Below are positions 52,155 to 62,175 of a stretch of DNA of 64,000 nt, in pieces. How positions within the stretch are numbered: position 1 is the stretch's first letter; each line of letters opens with the position of its first letter. The stretch is from assembly GCA_009758405.1 (NCBI GenBank), contig WSBC01000004.1, positions 114,634 through 178,633 on the forward strand. Reading direction: 5' to 3'. The position numbers and the translations under genes are program-made. The notes under the pieces were generated by a model that was not told the DNA's origin, searched no databases, and saw only the letters and a program-made list of their open reading frames with translations. Source of the stretch: Methanobacteriota archaeon. GTDB taxonomy: Archaea; Thermoplasmatota; Thermoplasmata; Thermoplasmatales; ARK-15.

Positions 52155-52328
52155 TAATGGGTAATGATTTTCTTAATAAATAAAACTTTTGATAATAATT
52201 TTTTTAATTAATAATCATTGAAAAGTATCTGAAGTAAATATCTTTGAAATTTAAGTAATATAAAAAATGAAACAATGCATTACAAAGTCTTGAATAATAA
52301 TTCTTGTAAATTTTTAAAAAATATGAAT

Positions 52329-52709
52329 TTACTTGATGAAAAATATAGTTAGACCATCTATATCATCAAGAATAACCTTTATATCTGGATTCTCCAGGTC
52401 AACAATTTTACCCATCTTCTCCTTTATCATTTTTCCAACAATTCTATTATCCTCCATGGAATTATTCCTTTTTGACCTTACTGCAAATGATTTAAATTCA
52501 TAATCCTTCAATAATTCAGGTATTTCTTCAATTTTACTTATAACATATGCAATATTTCCTCCCTCAATCTCCCCATTATAAAATAAAAGTAGCTTGTTAC
52601 CAGATATCCTATAAATAAATTCGCCTTCACCCTTTAGAAACTTTCTTTTTAATGATTCTAGAAAATTTTTCAATTCGTTTCTGTTTTTAAAATAAAAAAC
52701 CTTTATCAT
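52329..52709 (-). CDS. Stand-alone THUMP-domain protein
   Basis: KSFAVRSKR....VG..I....VDLENPD. Confidence 0.75.
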   Translation of the reverse strand: MIKVFYFKNRNELKNFLESLKRKFLKGEGEFIYRISGNKLLLFYNGEIEGGNIAYVISKIEEIPELLKDYEFKSFAVRSKRNNSMEDNRIVGKMIKEKMGKIVDLENPDIKVILDDIDGLTIFFIK

Positions 52710-54769
52710 CTTATATGACCGAGGGTAAATGATCCCATTATAATTCCACTCTTTGAAGGTGATATTTCAATCCATGACCTGCTCTGTACCTCTGTAATAC
52801 CATTTACCTGCAGATATATTTTGTTCATCTCTGTCTTAAATTCAATGGTTCCATCCATAAGGTGAGATACTAGTTGTATTGTATTTTCCTCATGTAATCC
52901 CTTTTCAAGGAGATATAGTGACACTGCCCTATCCTTTTTCCTCCTAGTTGTAAATGGTTGCAAGAACCTTACAACTGTTGGCGCATCAAGGAACGTGAGT
53001 ATGGTTGATAATGAAAAGAACGCAAGCCTGTAATATTTGTAGTTCTCCCTAATTTTGGATGATATATCCTCAACTGCATTTACAATGCCATTTATATCAG
53101 TTTGAGAATCTATGCAAATTACACCCTTTCTTTCACATTTCTCCCCTATTGTTTTTGAGTATGCATCAATGTAGTTCACTAGACCATTATCAACATATGT
53201 ACTCCATGTGGGTAGTACATATTTAATATCCTCCTCGAAAATTTCAATGGTTTTATCAACAAGTATTACTATCACGGGTATTCCCTTTTTTACACCCTCA
53301 GCAAGGAATGAATATATGAGTACTTCCTTTCCAGTATATGCCGGTCCATATACAATAATATTTGAACCCAATGGAAATCCACCATAAAGAAGATCATCAA
53401 GCCTTCTTGTTCCAGTCCTTACCTTTTCTTCCTTTATCTCTGTCAATATCTCCTCTTGGGCCATTGAAATCTCTTTTTCTATTAAACCCTTAGTTTTTGC
53501 CTCTATCTCCTTTTCCTTCTCCCTTAGATATTTCTCCTTCTCACGTAACTGCTCCTCTTTTCTTTTTATCAATTCCTCGAGATCCTCTATTTTATGCTCT
53601 TTTTCGAGTTTTTTCAATTCCTCTATTTCTATTTTCTGGGACTCAATTTCACGCATCATCTGTTCAATCTTTTTCTCCCTGAACTGTAGATCCTGCTCCC
53701 TCCTTGAAAATTCCTCCTCTTTAAATTTTATCTTTTCCTTTAAATCATTTATTTCCTTTTCCATTATTTCCATCTGTGTTTTCAAATTCTGATTTTCCAT
53801 CTTTAATTTTTCAATATTTGAGATATCCTCTGATTTTTGCAACAGTTCAGTATTACCTGATGCCAGGGCCTTAATTAGATTATTTAATCTTTCTATCTCT
53901 GATTTTAGTAGCCTATTCTCTTCCTCTAAAAATTTAATATCTGTAGTATCATATGATTCTTTCTTAGGAATTTCAAATTTTTCCCTTTCAGCAAGTTCCT
54001 TCATCTGCTTTTCAATAAGCAGTTCCTGTTCCTTAAGCTTCAACTCCCTTTCAGCAAGTTCCCTCACATCTGGATTTTGCGAAGAGACCCAGTCATCCCA
54101 AAGTTCCTTTTGAACCTGAATTCTGTTTTGCAAATTCTCAATTTCTATCTTAAGATCATTATTTTCCATGGCAATAGATAATATTTTTTCCTTGACTTCC
54201 TTTATATCATTAGCATTAACTATTTCTCTTATTTCATTTATTAATCTTTCATATTTTTCTTTTTCAAACCTTAATTCATAAATCTTGTTTTCAAGCTCAT
54301 TTATTCTATCTGAATAATCCAAAAGGACTGAAATCACATCTTTCTTATTTTTTAGATCATTTAGAAAATTTAATTTGTTCAAAATATTTTTGAATGTTAA
54401 TTTTACATTTTCTTTAAGCTGTCTTAAATCCTCCAGGGTCCTTTTCAGTTCATCACTTTTTTCGTCCAGTTCCCTCTTTTTTTCAAGTAGTTCCTCCTTC
54501 AATCTTATAATCTGCTCATCCTCAAGAGATACAGCCTTGTTTTCAATATCCTCTATCTTTTTACTCTCTCCTTTCAACCACTTTTCTATGTTATCCAGTT
54601 CATTTGAAACGCTTTCATATTTACTTTCAATTGTATTTTCCGTTAGGCTGGAAAGAATAAAATCTGTTAATAAATTATTATACTCCTCTTTTGTATATTT
54701 TTTACCACATTTTTTACATACGAGGGTAACTTCATCGATTTCTCCACCACATTGTGTGCATTTTACCAT
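52706..54769 (-). CDS. Zn-ribbon / long coiled-coil / KaiC-RAD55 family ATPase-like protein
   Basis: N-terminal CTQC..CKKC; about 400 aa of E/K-rich coiled coil; RTGTRRLDDLLYGG and GPAYTGKE. Confidence 0.8.
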   Translation of the reverse strand: MVKCTQCGGEIDEVTLVCKKCGKKYTKEEYNNLLTDFILSSLTENTIESKYESVSNELDNIEKWLKGESKKIEDIENKAVSLEDEQIIRLKEELLEKKRELDEKSDELKRTLEDLRQLKENVKLTFKNILNKLNFLNDLKNKKDVISVLLDYSDRINELENKIYELRFEKEKYERLINEIREIVNANDIKEVKEKILSIAMENNDLKIEIENLQNRIQVQKELWDDWVSSQNPDVRELAERELKLKEQELLIEKQMKELAEREKFEIPKKESYDTTDIKFLEEENRLLKSEIERLNNLIKALASGNTELLQKSEDISNIEKLKMENQNLKTQMEIMEKEINDLKEKIKFKEEEFSRREQDLQFREKKIEQMMREIESQKIEIEELKKLEKEHKIEDLEELIKRKEEQLREKEKYLREKEKEIEAKTKGLIEKEISMAQEEILTEIKEEKVRTGTRRLDDLLYGGFPLGSNIIVYGPAYTGKEVLIYSFLAEGVKKGIPVIVILVDKTIEIFEEDIKYVLPTWSTYVDNGLVNYIDAYSKTIGEKCERKGVICIDSQTDINGIVNAVEDISSKIRENYKYYRLAFFSLSTILTFLDAPTVVRFLQPFTTRRKKDRAVSLYLLEKGLHEENTIQLVSHLMDGTIEFKTEMNKIYLQVNGITEVQSRSWIEISPSKSGIIMGSFTLGHIR

Positions 54770-54771
54770 AT

Positions 54772-54987
54772 TCACTTTGAAGCTATCCTTAAAATATTAT
54801 TTCCCCTAACTATCACCACACCAAGTTTTCTTACAGAGTCATTCATCTTTTCTTCAGTATCATCAATTATTAGATTCATATACTCATCAAAGCCTATTAA
54901 TGTACCTTCAAGGATCCTGTTATCCTTCATAAGCATAGATATTCTTTTATTCATAAACTCTTCAATTACTTTAATTGGCATTGTCAT
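54772..54987 (-). CDS. Sm-like (Lsm/SmAP) RNA-binding protein
   Basis: G.LIGFDEYMNL and IVRGNNI. Confidence 0.93.
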   Translation of the reverse strand: MTMPIKVIEEFMNKRISMLMKDNRILEGTLIGFDEYMNLIIDDTEEKMNDSVRKLGVVIVRGNNILRIASK

Positions 54988-54996
54988 TGAATCACC

Positions 54997-55155
54997 TCAG
55001 TTGTTTGGAAATGGCCCCTTCTCGTCAAGTTCATCTTCATCATCATTAAAGACAACCTGAACGAGTTCACGCATAAGTGATTTTAGCTCATCCATTTCCT
55101 TTCTTAGCCTTTTTATCTCGTTATTTAGCCTTTCTATTTCATTTTCTTTTTTCAT
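54997..55155 (-). CDS. Small coiled-coil protein (52 aa)
   Basis: MKKENEIERLNNEIKRLRKEMDELKSLMRELVQVVFNDDEDELDEKGPFPNN; GAGGA SD; fills the csl4-lsm gap. Confidence 0.65.
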   Translation of the reverse strand: MKKENEIERLNNEIKRLRKEMDELKSLMRELVQVVFNDDEDELDEKGPFPNN

Positions 55156-55169
55156 AAATTTTCCTCTAA

Positions 55170-55745
55170 TTATGGTTTATTTTTTACCTTTATTTTAATG
55201 TTTCCGTAATCGTTTGCAATTTTCCTTGTTTCTTTTCTGCCACAACGCTCACAGTAAAGAAAATTGTCCTGTCTTATTAAGGGATGCCTACATTTCATAC
55301 ATAATGCCTTAACCACACCCAGATTAGGTTCAGCGGTAGAGAGCTGAACTGATGGCTTTGATTTTATTACCCTCGCCCTTACAATATCACCTATTCTAAA
55401 CATCTTTCCAATTTCATCAACATATTTTTCAGATATCTTGGAAATATGTATGATGCCATCCTGCCTTCCACCAACTATTTCCCTATCAATGCCCTCTATG
55501 CCAACAATGGTAACTAGTGCAAAATCATTGTAAAGTTCTTGAACAACACCATAAACTACCTCTCCTATCCTTAGGTATGGAATTTCCTGTAAAGGTTTTA
55601 CATTTATCATCATATGTTTTTGATTAATTTCAATCCTACCCAAGATATTGGAGAATATTTTTCCATTAATCTCATACACATTATGTCCAGGCACGTATTC
55701 CTCTATAGTTCCAAGATATTCTCCAGGCAATACTATTCTATCCAT
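55170..55745 (-). CDS. csl4: Exosome RNA-binding subunit Csl4
   Basis: VLPGE.LG..EEY.PG, S1 domain and Zn ribbon C..C..C..C ETRK. Confidence 0.93.
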   Translation of the reverse strand: MDRIVLPGEYLGTIEEYVPGHNVYEINGKIFSNILGRIEINQKHMMINVKPLQEIPYLRIGEVVYGVVQELYNDFALVTIVGIEGIDREIVGGRQDGIIHISKISEKYVDEIGKMFRIGDIVRARVIKSKPSVQLSTAEPNLGVVKALCMKCRHPLIRQDNFLYCERCGRKETRKIANDYGNIKIKVKNKP

Positions 55746-56331
55746 CTTTTTTCACCCTTATCCTTATTAGCTTTACATCTATTTTTTTATATTCCCTGCT
55801 ATGAAACTTAAACCCATAAGGTATATTTAATTTATAATCTTTTTCAAAATCAATTTCACCCCTTTTATACAATAATTTTTTAAGATAATCAATAGCATCA
55901 CTATGGTGTAAAGTATAAATAACATCTGCTATTTCCAGTGCCTTTATAATAAAGATTCTATCTGCCCCAGGTAGCTGATATCCAAAAGGTGGATTCATTA
56001 AAACAGTATTTACCTTAATATTAAAATTTCTCACATCACCAAGGTGCATTTTAATACCCATTCCTCTACAGTTATTTTCAGCAATCTTAAGTGCATCTTC
56101 ATCAATTTCTATACAGTGTATCTCCCTAGCCCCCATATAATATGCTGCCACTGCAAAGGCACCATTACCACAACCAAGATCTGCAACTACCTTCCCATTA
56201 ATATCATTCATTGCAATAAATGCTATATCGGCAACAATATCTGGGGGTGTCTCATACTGCTCAAAAAGTACCTTTTTAACCTTTAGTTTCTCAAGTGATC
56301 CAATTATTTTTTCAAGTTCTTTTTTGTTCAT
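55738..56331 (-). CDS. METTL5-family rRNA adenine-N6 methyltransferase
   Basis: EQYETP, DLGCGNG and NPPFG. Confidence 0.88.
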   Translation of the reverse strand: MNKKELEKIIGSLEKLKVKKVLFEQYETPPDIVADIAFIAMNDINGKVVADLGCGNGAFAVAAYYMGAREIHCIEIDEDALKIAENNCRGMGIKMHLGDVRNFNIKVNTVLMNPPFGYQLPGADRIFIIKALEIADVIYTLHHSDAIDYLKKLLYKRGEIDFEKDYKLNIPYGFKFHSREYKKIDVKLIRIRVKKDG

Positions 56332-56332
56332 T

Positions 56333-56617
56333 TCATTCCCTTAGAATGCTTCCATCAAAAATTTTTATTATTCTTTTTGCGATTGATTTTGAATCCTTAA
56401 GTGATATGCCCTTACTAACAAGGATGTTTACTATATTTTTATATGCCCTTTGCCACTTCCATGTACTTCTTACATAATAGGTTTTAATCAAAACCTCAAG
56501 GATATCTTTGCTTATTTCTATGTTATAATTTTCCTTAAGCCTTTCCTTCCAAATCTTATAAATAAAATTGGGTATTACCACTGGTTCTATATAAGTCTCT
56601 TCCAATGATTCATTCAC
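56333..56617 (-). CDS. Hypothetical protein
   Basis: Probable GTG start at 56617, about 25 nt downstream of TTTATAAA; first gene of the METTL5-csl4 operon. Confidence 0.55.
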   Translation of the reverse strand: MNESLEETYIEPVVIPNFIYKIWKERLKENYNIEISKDILEVLIKTYYVRSTWKWQRAYKNIVNILVSKGISLKDSKSIAKRIIKIFDGSILRE

Positions 56618-56754
56618 AAAACATTTATTTTTTGCATTTATAAAAATTTTACTTAATTGTAAAAATTTTATATTATTAATTTTATTTATTCTAAAAGAAT
56701 TTGAATTTGGAAAATTTTTAATATCATCGTACAATTAGGAATCGGTGCTAATGA

Positions 56755-57309
56755 ATGCTTGAGATAAGATTTCACGGAAGAGGAGGACAGGGTGCAGTTA
56801 TTGCGTCGGAAATTCTCGCCACTGCAGCCTTCATGGAAGGAAAATATGTATCATCATTCCCATATTTCGGTGTTGAAAGAAGGGGAGCGCCTGTAACAGC
56901 ATTTACTAGAATCGACTCAAGACCAATCAGGGTTAAAACTCAGATATACAGCCCGGACCACGTTATAGTGCTGGATCATTCCCTTGTTAATGCTGTAAAC
57001 GTCATAGCAGGAATGAAAAGGGATGGCTTAATCCTAATAAACACGGTCAAAAATCCTGAGGATTTCCTTTTTGATATAAAAACAGTTGCAACTGTAAATG
57101 CATCAGAGATTGCACTTAAACATAGCCTTGGATCACATTCTGCGCCAATAGTAAATACCTCAATACTTGGGGCATATGCAGCTGCAAGTGGTGTTGTTTC
57201 CCTAGAGTCTGTAAAAAAGGCAATAGGTGAGGTTGTTTCAAGAATGGTTGATGAAAATATTGCCTCCGCGGAGGAGGCATACAAGAGTGTGAAGGTGATG
57301 AAAAGATGA
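56755..57309 (+). CDS. 2-oxoacid:ferredoxin oxidoreductase gamma subunit (operon 2)
   Basis: [11 protein letters not shown] and [10 protein letters not shown]. Confidence 0.92.
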   Translation: MLEIRFHGRGGQGAVIASEILATAAFMEGKYVSSFPYFGVERRGAPVTAFTRIDSRPIRVKTQIYSPDHVIVLDHSLVNAVNVIAGMKRDGLILINTVKNPEDFLFDIKTVATVNASEIALKHSLGSHSAPIVNTSILGAYAAASGVVSLESVKKAIGEVVSRMVDENIASAEEAYKSVKVMKR

Positions 57310-57611
57310 ATGATTTTCCAACACCTATAGCAACAGTACCAAGTACTGGTAATAAAACTGGAGGATGGAGAACCTTCAGGCCTGTAATACTTTATGATAA
57401 ATGCATTAGGTGCATGATTTGCTGGAAATTCTGTCCAGAGCCTGCAATAAAAATTGTTAGTGCAGAAAAATATACTGCAAAGAATGCAGCAATAGGTAAG
57501 CTTGATGCACCTGAAATAGATTACGACTATTGCAAAGGATGCGGTATATGTGCAAATGAATGTCCTGTAAAGTGTATAGAAATGGTTTTTGAGGAGAAAT
57601 TGGAGGAATGA
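57306..57611 (+). CDS. 2-oxoacid:ferredoxin oxidoreductase delta subunit (operon 2)
   Basis: TGGWRTFRP and two [4Fe-4S] motifs. Confidence 0.92.
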   Translation: MNDFPTPIATVPSTGNKTGGWRTFRPVILYDKCIRCMICWKFCPEPAIKIVSAEKYTAKNAAIGKLDAPEIDYDYCKGCGICANECPVKCIEMVFEEKLEE

Positions 57612-57615
57612 TTTT

Positions 57616-58794
57616 ATGATAAAAATGTTAACTGGAAATTATGCATCCGCATGGGGAGCAAAGCTTGCAAGGGCAAGGGTGGTGGCTGCTTATCCTATTA
57701 CCCCACAAACAACCATTGTTGAAAAGATTGCAGAATTTATTGCAAATGGTGAATTTGATGGAAAATATATAAGGGTGGAGAGCGAGCATTCTGCAATGGC
57801 TGCATGCATTGCAGCTGAAAATACAGGTGTAAGAACATTTACAGCAACATCCTCTCACGGTCTGGCATTAATGCATGAAATGCTTCACTGGGCTGCAGGT
57901 GCCAGGTTACCAATTGTAATGAGTGTTGTAAACAGGGCCCTGGGACCTCCATGGTCAATATGGAGCGATCAGCAGGATACTATTTCACAAAGAGATACAG
58001 GCTGGTTACAAATATACACAGAAAACAATCAGGAGGTCTTGGACAGCATAATCATGGCTTATAGAATAGCTGAGAATGAAAATGTTCTCTTACCTATAAT
58101 GGTGATAGAAGACGCATTCATACTTTCCCACACTATGGAGCCTGTTGATATACCTTCACAGGAACTTGTGGATAAATTCCTACCCGAATATGATCCTAAA
58201 TACAAGCTTGATCCTTCAAGCCCAATGGGTTTCGGATCTCTGGTTATGCCAGAGGGTCCCTTTATGGAGTACAAATTCAAAGGTCATGAGGCGATGAGAA
58301 GTGCATTGAAAATAATTGATGAAGTTGATTCACTATTTAAGGAGAATTTTGGGAGATCTTATGGGGGGAGTATAGACACTTACAGGATAGATGGTGCTGA
58401 TTATATTCTTGTTATAATGGGTAGCGTGGCCTCCACTGGAAAAGAGGTTGTTGATAAACTTAGGGAAAATGGGAAGAATGTTGGCCTCGTACGTATAAGA
58501 TCCTTTAGACCATTCCCGCATGAGAGGTTAAGGGAGATACTTAAAAATAGGAGAGCTGTTGGTATATTTGATAGAAGCTATACATTCGGATATGGCGGCG
58601 CTCTTTTCTCGGAGGTGAGAAATAGTCTTTATGGTCTTTCAATCCCAGTTAAGGGGTATATAGGAGGTCTAGGGGGCAGGGACATAACTTTAGATATTTT
58701 AGAAAAAATATTTAATGACATTATAAAAATAGGCAAGGAGGGACTTGATAGGGACTATGAATGGGTAGGATTAATTGGTGATAAGAGGTGGTGA
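57616..58794 (+). CDS. 2-oxoacid:ferredoxin oxidoreductase alpha subunit (operon 2, POR/VOR-type)
   Basis: AYPITPQT, VESEHSA and TSSHGL.LMHE.LHW. Confidence 0.92.
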   Translation: MIKMLTGNYASAWGAKLARARVVAAYPITPQTTIVEKIAEFIANGEFDGKYIRVESEHSAMAACIAAENTGVRTFTATSSHGLALMHEMLHWAAGARLPIVMSVVNRALGPPWSIWSDQQDTISQRDTGWLQIYTENNQEVLDSIIMAYRIAENENVLLPIMVIEDAFILSHTMEPVDIPSQELVDKFLPEYDPKYKLDPSSPMGFGSLVMPEGPFMEYKFKGHEAMRSALKIIDEVDSLFKENFGRSYGGSIDTYRIDGADYILVIMGSVASTGKEVVDKLRENGKNVGLVRIRSFRPFPHERLREILKNRRAVGIFDRSYTFGYGGALFSEVRNSLYGLSIPVKGYIGGLGGRDITLDILEKIFNDIIKIGKEGLDRDYEWVGLIGDKRW

Positions 58795-59708
58795 AATTGA
58801 AAAATTTAACAATACCGGAAGAAGAATACATGCTTCCAGGTCATACTGCGTGTCTTGGTTGTGGGGCCACTTTAGCAATGAGATATGCATTGAAGGCATT
58901 GGGTAAAAATACAATAATAACCATACCTGCCTGTTGCTGGGCAGTAATTCCAGGTGTTTATCCATCAAGGGCCCTTGAGGTGCCACTCCTTTATACTGCC
59001 TTTGAGGTTACTGGGGCAGCGGTGTCTGGAATAAGAGAGGCACTTTCCGCAAAGGGTATAGAGGATGTTAATGTTGTCGGATTTGCAGGTGATGGTGGTA
59101 CTGCAGACATTGGTATACAATCTCTTAGCGGTGCTGTTGAGAGAGGGGAGGACATATTTTACATAATGTATGATAATGAAGCGTATATGAATACAGGAAT
59201 ACAGAGATCATCATCCACACCAAAGGGTGCATGGACCACCACAACACAGGTGGGAAAAATAAGGGACTGGAAAAAGGAGAAGAAAAAGAATATGGTTGAA
59301 ATAATGGCAGCACATGGTATACCTTACACAGCAACAGCCTCGATTGCATTTCCAGAGGATTTCATTAAAAAACTGGAAAAGGGTAAAAAAATAAAGGGAC
59401 CTAAGTTCTACCAAGTGTTTTCAACATGTCCAACAGGATGGCTAGTATCACCAAATAAGAGTGTAGAAGTAGCCAGACTGGCCGTTGAATCAAAGATATT
59501 TCCATTGTATGAGGTAGAAAATGGTGTTTACAACATTACATATATGCCCAAAAAGGAAGTTAAGGTAAAGGATTATTTTGCCCTTCAGGGAAGATTCAGG
59601 CATCTCACTGAAGATGAGATAAGGGAAATTCAAAATGATGTGGATGAGGCATGGAGAATTTTAGTAGAAAAGGAAAAATGGTCCAAATCTCTAATGAAGG
59701 TGCAATAA
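58788..59708 (+). CDS. 2-oxoacid:ferredoxin oxidoreductase beta subunit (operon 2, VOR-like)
   Basis: GHTACLGC, AGDGGTADIG and YDNEAYMNTG. Confidence 0.92.
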   Translation: MVKLKNLTIPEEEYMLPGHTACLGCGATLAMRYALKALGKNTIITIPACCWAVIPGVYPSRALEVPLLYTAFEVTGAAVSGIREALSAKGIEDVNVVGFAGDGGTADIGIQSLSGAVERGEDIFYIMYDNEAYMNTGIQRSSSTPKGAWTTTTQVGKIRDWKKEKKKNMVEIMAAHGIPYTATASIAFPEDFIKKLEKGKKIKGPKFYQVFSTCPTGWLVSPNKSVEVARLAVESKIFPLYEVENGVYNITYMPKKEVKVKDYFALQGRFRHLTEDEIREIQNDVDEAWRILVEKEKWSKSLMKVQ

Positions 59709-59710
59709 AA

Positions 59711-61576
59711 ATGAGTGTTTATGATGTTTTATTAAATGATTCAGGCAAATATTTTTTGCTTGGTAATGAAGCTATTGTTCGTGGTATGATTGAGGCGGGG
59801 GTGGGTTTTGCTGCAACATATCCTGGAACACCCTCAAGTGAGGTGGGGGATGTACTTTCTAGGATAGCAAAAAAGGCTGGAATTTATTTTGAGTATTCCA
59901 CCAACGAAATAGTTGCCCTTGAGGCTGTGGCTGCTGCTGCGGCATCAGGAGTAAGGTCATTTACTTTTATGAAGCATGTGGGTCTTAACGTGGCTGCGGA
60001 TGCATTCATGAGTGTTTCATATGCAGGTACAAACTCTGGACTTGTAATAATGAGTGGTGATGATCCCTCAATGTTTTCTTCACAGAACGAACAGGACAAT
60101 AGGCATTACGCAGAATTCGCCTATATGCCTCTTTTAGAGCCATCAAATCCTCAGGAGGCAAAGGATTTTCTGGTTTATGCATTCAAAATATCCGAAAAGT
60201 ATGGAACTCCGGTACTTTTCAGAACAACAACAAGGGTTAGTCATCTTAGAGGGATTGTTGAATATGGAAGTAAGGGGGAAATAAAGGCAAAGGGCCACTT
60301 TAATAAAAATTTCGAGAAATTTACACTTCTTCCTTCAAATGCATACAAGCAAAAGGGCAAACTCATTGAAAGGTATAATGCCTTAAAGGAAGAATCTGAT
60401 AGTTCGTATATAAATAGAGTTGAGGGAAAAGGCTCTGATATAGGTATTATTACATCTGGGGCTGCATACAATTCAGTAAAGGACGCAATAATAGAACTTG
60501 GCCTTGAAATTGATATACTTAAACTTGGTTTTACATTTCCAATTCCTGAAAAAAAGATTTCAGATTTCCTTAATTCACACAAGAGGGTGATTGTTGTTGA
60601 GGAACTAGATCCATACCTTGAAACAAAGGTAAGGAACGTTGCCCAGATATATGGAATAAATACTTCTATAAATGGAAAGATGGATGGCTTTTCTCCATGG
60701 AGTTATGAATTTAACCCCGACAGGGTAATGGAAATATTATCAAAAATCATTGGTATAGAAATTAAAAAGGATGATAAATATAGTGAAATAAAACTTCCTA
60801 GCAGACCGCCAGTTTTATGTCCCGGATGCCCACATAGAGCAACATTTTATGCAACAAAGCTTGTTTCAAAACAGCTAAGGCTTGAGGATCCAATATATCC
60901 TAACGATATTGGTTGCTATAGCCTGGGCTACCAAAAACCGTATCAGATGTCTGATTTTCTGCTTTGTATGGGATCCTCCATTGGTTCGGCAAGTGGCTTT
61001 TCACAAGCCACAGACCAGCCAGTAATCTCATTTATTGGCGATTCCACATTCTTCCATGCAGGAATACCAGGCCTGATAAATGCTGTACACAACAACCATA
61101 GGGTTGTTCTTATAATTCTAGATAATCGTACTACTGCAATGACAGGGCATCAACCAAATCCAGGTCTACCTTTTAATGCCTACAGGGAACCTGCTAAAGA
61201 GATATCAATAGAGGAAATTGTTAAGGGTATTGGCGTAAAATATGTAAGGACCGTTGATCCGTATGATTTGAAGGAAACCATGGTGGCCATAAGGGAGGCA
61301 GCAAATTCAGATGGAGTTTCTGTAATAATTGCAAAGAGAGAGTGCGCACTTTTAAGGGATGAAAGGATGAGAAGGGAGGGAAAATGGATAAGGTATCAGA
61401 TTAATCAGGAAAAATGCACAAAATGTATGAACTGTGTAAAGAATTTTACATGTCCTGCCATTTATGTGGATAGTGATGGTAGTGTCAAAATAGATCCTGT
61501 TTTATGCGATGGATGTGGTGTTTGTTCCACTAGCCTTGTTTGTGGATTCCATGCTATAGAGAGGGTGGAACAATGA
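59711..61576 (+). CDS. iorA: Indolepyruvate:ferredoxin oxidoreductase alpha
   Basis: YPGTPSSE, MKHVGLNVA, SSQNEQD, CPGCPHR, GDSTFFH and C-terminal ferredoxin. Confidence 0.94.
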   Translation: MSVYDVLLNDSGKYFLLGNEAIVRGMIEAGVGFAATYPGTPSSEVGDVLSRIAKKAGIYFEYSTNEIVALEAVAAAAASGVRSFTFMKHVGLNVAADAFMSVSYAGTNSGLVIMSGDDPSMFSSQNEQDNRHYAEFAYMPLLEPSNPQEAKDFLVYAFKISEKYGTPVLFRTTTRVSHLRGIVEYGSKGEIKAKGHFNKNFEKFTLLPSNAYKQKGKLIERYNALKEESDSSYINRVEGKGSDIGIITSGAAYNSVKDAIIELGLEIDILKLGFTFPIPEKKISDFLNSHKRVIVVEELDPYLETKVRNVAQIYGINTSINGKMDGFSPWSYEFNPDRVMEILSKIIGIEIKKDDKYSEIKLPSRPPVLCPGCPHRATFYATKLVSKQLRLEDPIYPNDIGCYSLGYQKPYQMSDFLLCMGSSIGSASGFSQATDQPVISFIGDSTFFHAGIPGLINAVHNNHRVVLIILDNRTTAMTGHQPNPGLPFNAYREPAKEISIEEIVKGIGVKYVRTVDPYDLKETMVAIREAANSDGVSVIIAKRECALLRDERMRREGKWIRYQINQEKCTKCMNCVKNFTCPAIYVDSDGSVKIDPVLCDGCGVCSTSLVCGFHAIERVEQ

Positions 61577-62175
61577 ATAATGTTAATATTTCACTTGTGG
61601 GCGTTGGTGGACAGGGGGTTGTTTCAACAGGTATTATACTAGGAAATACAGTTGCAAGGAAGGGTATAAACGTGGTAATGTCTGAAATACATGGTATGGC
61701 ACAGCGTGGTGGAATTGTAACTGTGGATCTAAGAATAGGAGATGTTTATGGGCCCATAATACCTGAAGGTAAGATAGATCTAATAATTGGCTTTGAGGCC
61801 TTGGAGACAATAAGGGCATTAAAAAGGGCTTCAAGGAAAACAAGAATAATAATGAACACTGAAAGAATTATACCATTTACTGTAAACATTGGGGATGAAA
61901 AATATCCAGACATCGAGGAAATAATAAAAAAATTTGATATAAGGAATATAATAGGCATTGATGCTGTCAATATTGCCAAACAAACAGGTAATTTGCAGTC
62001 TGTAAATATGGTCCTGCTTGGAGCTGCCTTTGCCACAGAACTTCTACCAATCGAAGAAAAAGACATTGAAGAATCTATAAAAATTCAATTCCCAGAATAC
62101 TCATGGGAATCCAATATAAAGGCATTTAGGATTGGAATGGATCAGTATAGAATTCTTACAAAAGCATATCTATAA
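61573..62175 (+). CDS. iorB: Indolepyruvate:ferredoxin oxidoreductase beta
   Basis: GVGGQG and SEIHGMAQRGG. Confidence 0.94.
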   Translation: MNNVNISLVGVGGQGVVSTGIILGNTVARKGINVVMSEIHGMAQRGGIVTVDLRIGDVYGPIIPEGKIDLIIGFEALETIRALKRASRKTRIIMNTERIIPFTVNIGDEKYPDIEEIIKKFDIRNIIGIDAVNIAKQTGNLQSVNMVLLGAAFATELLPIEEKDIEESIKIQFPEYSWESNIKAFRIGMDQYRILTKAYL

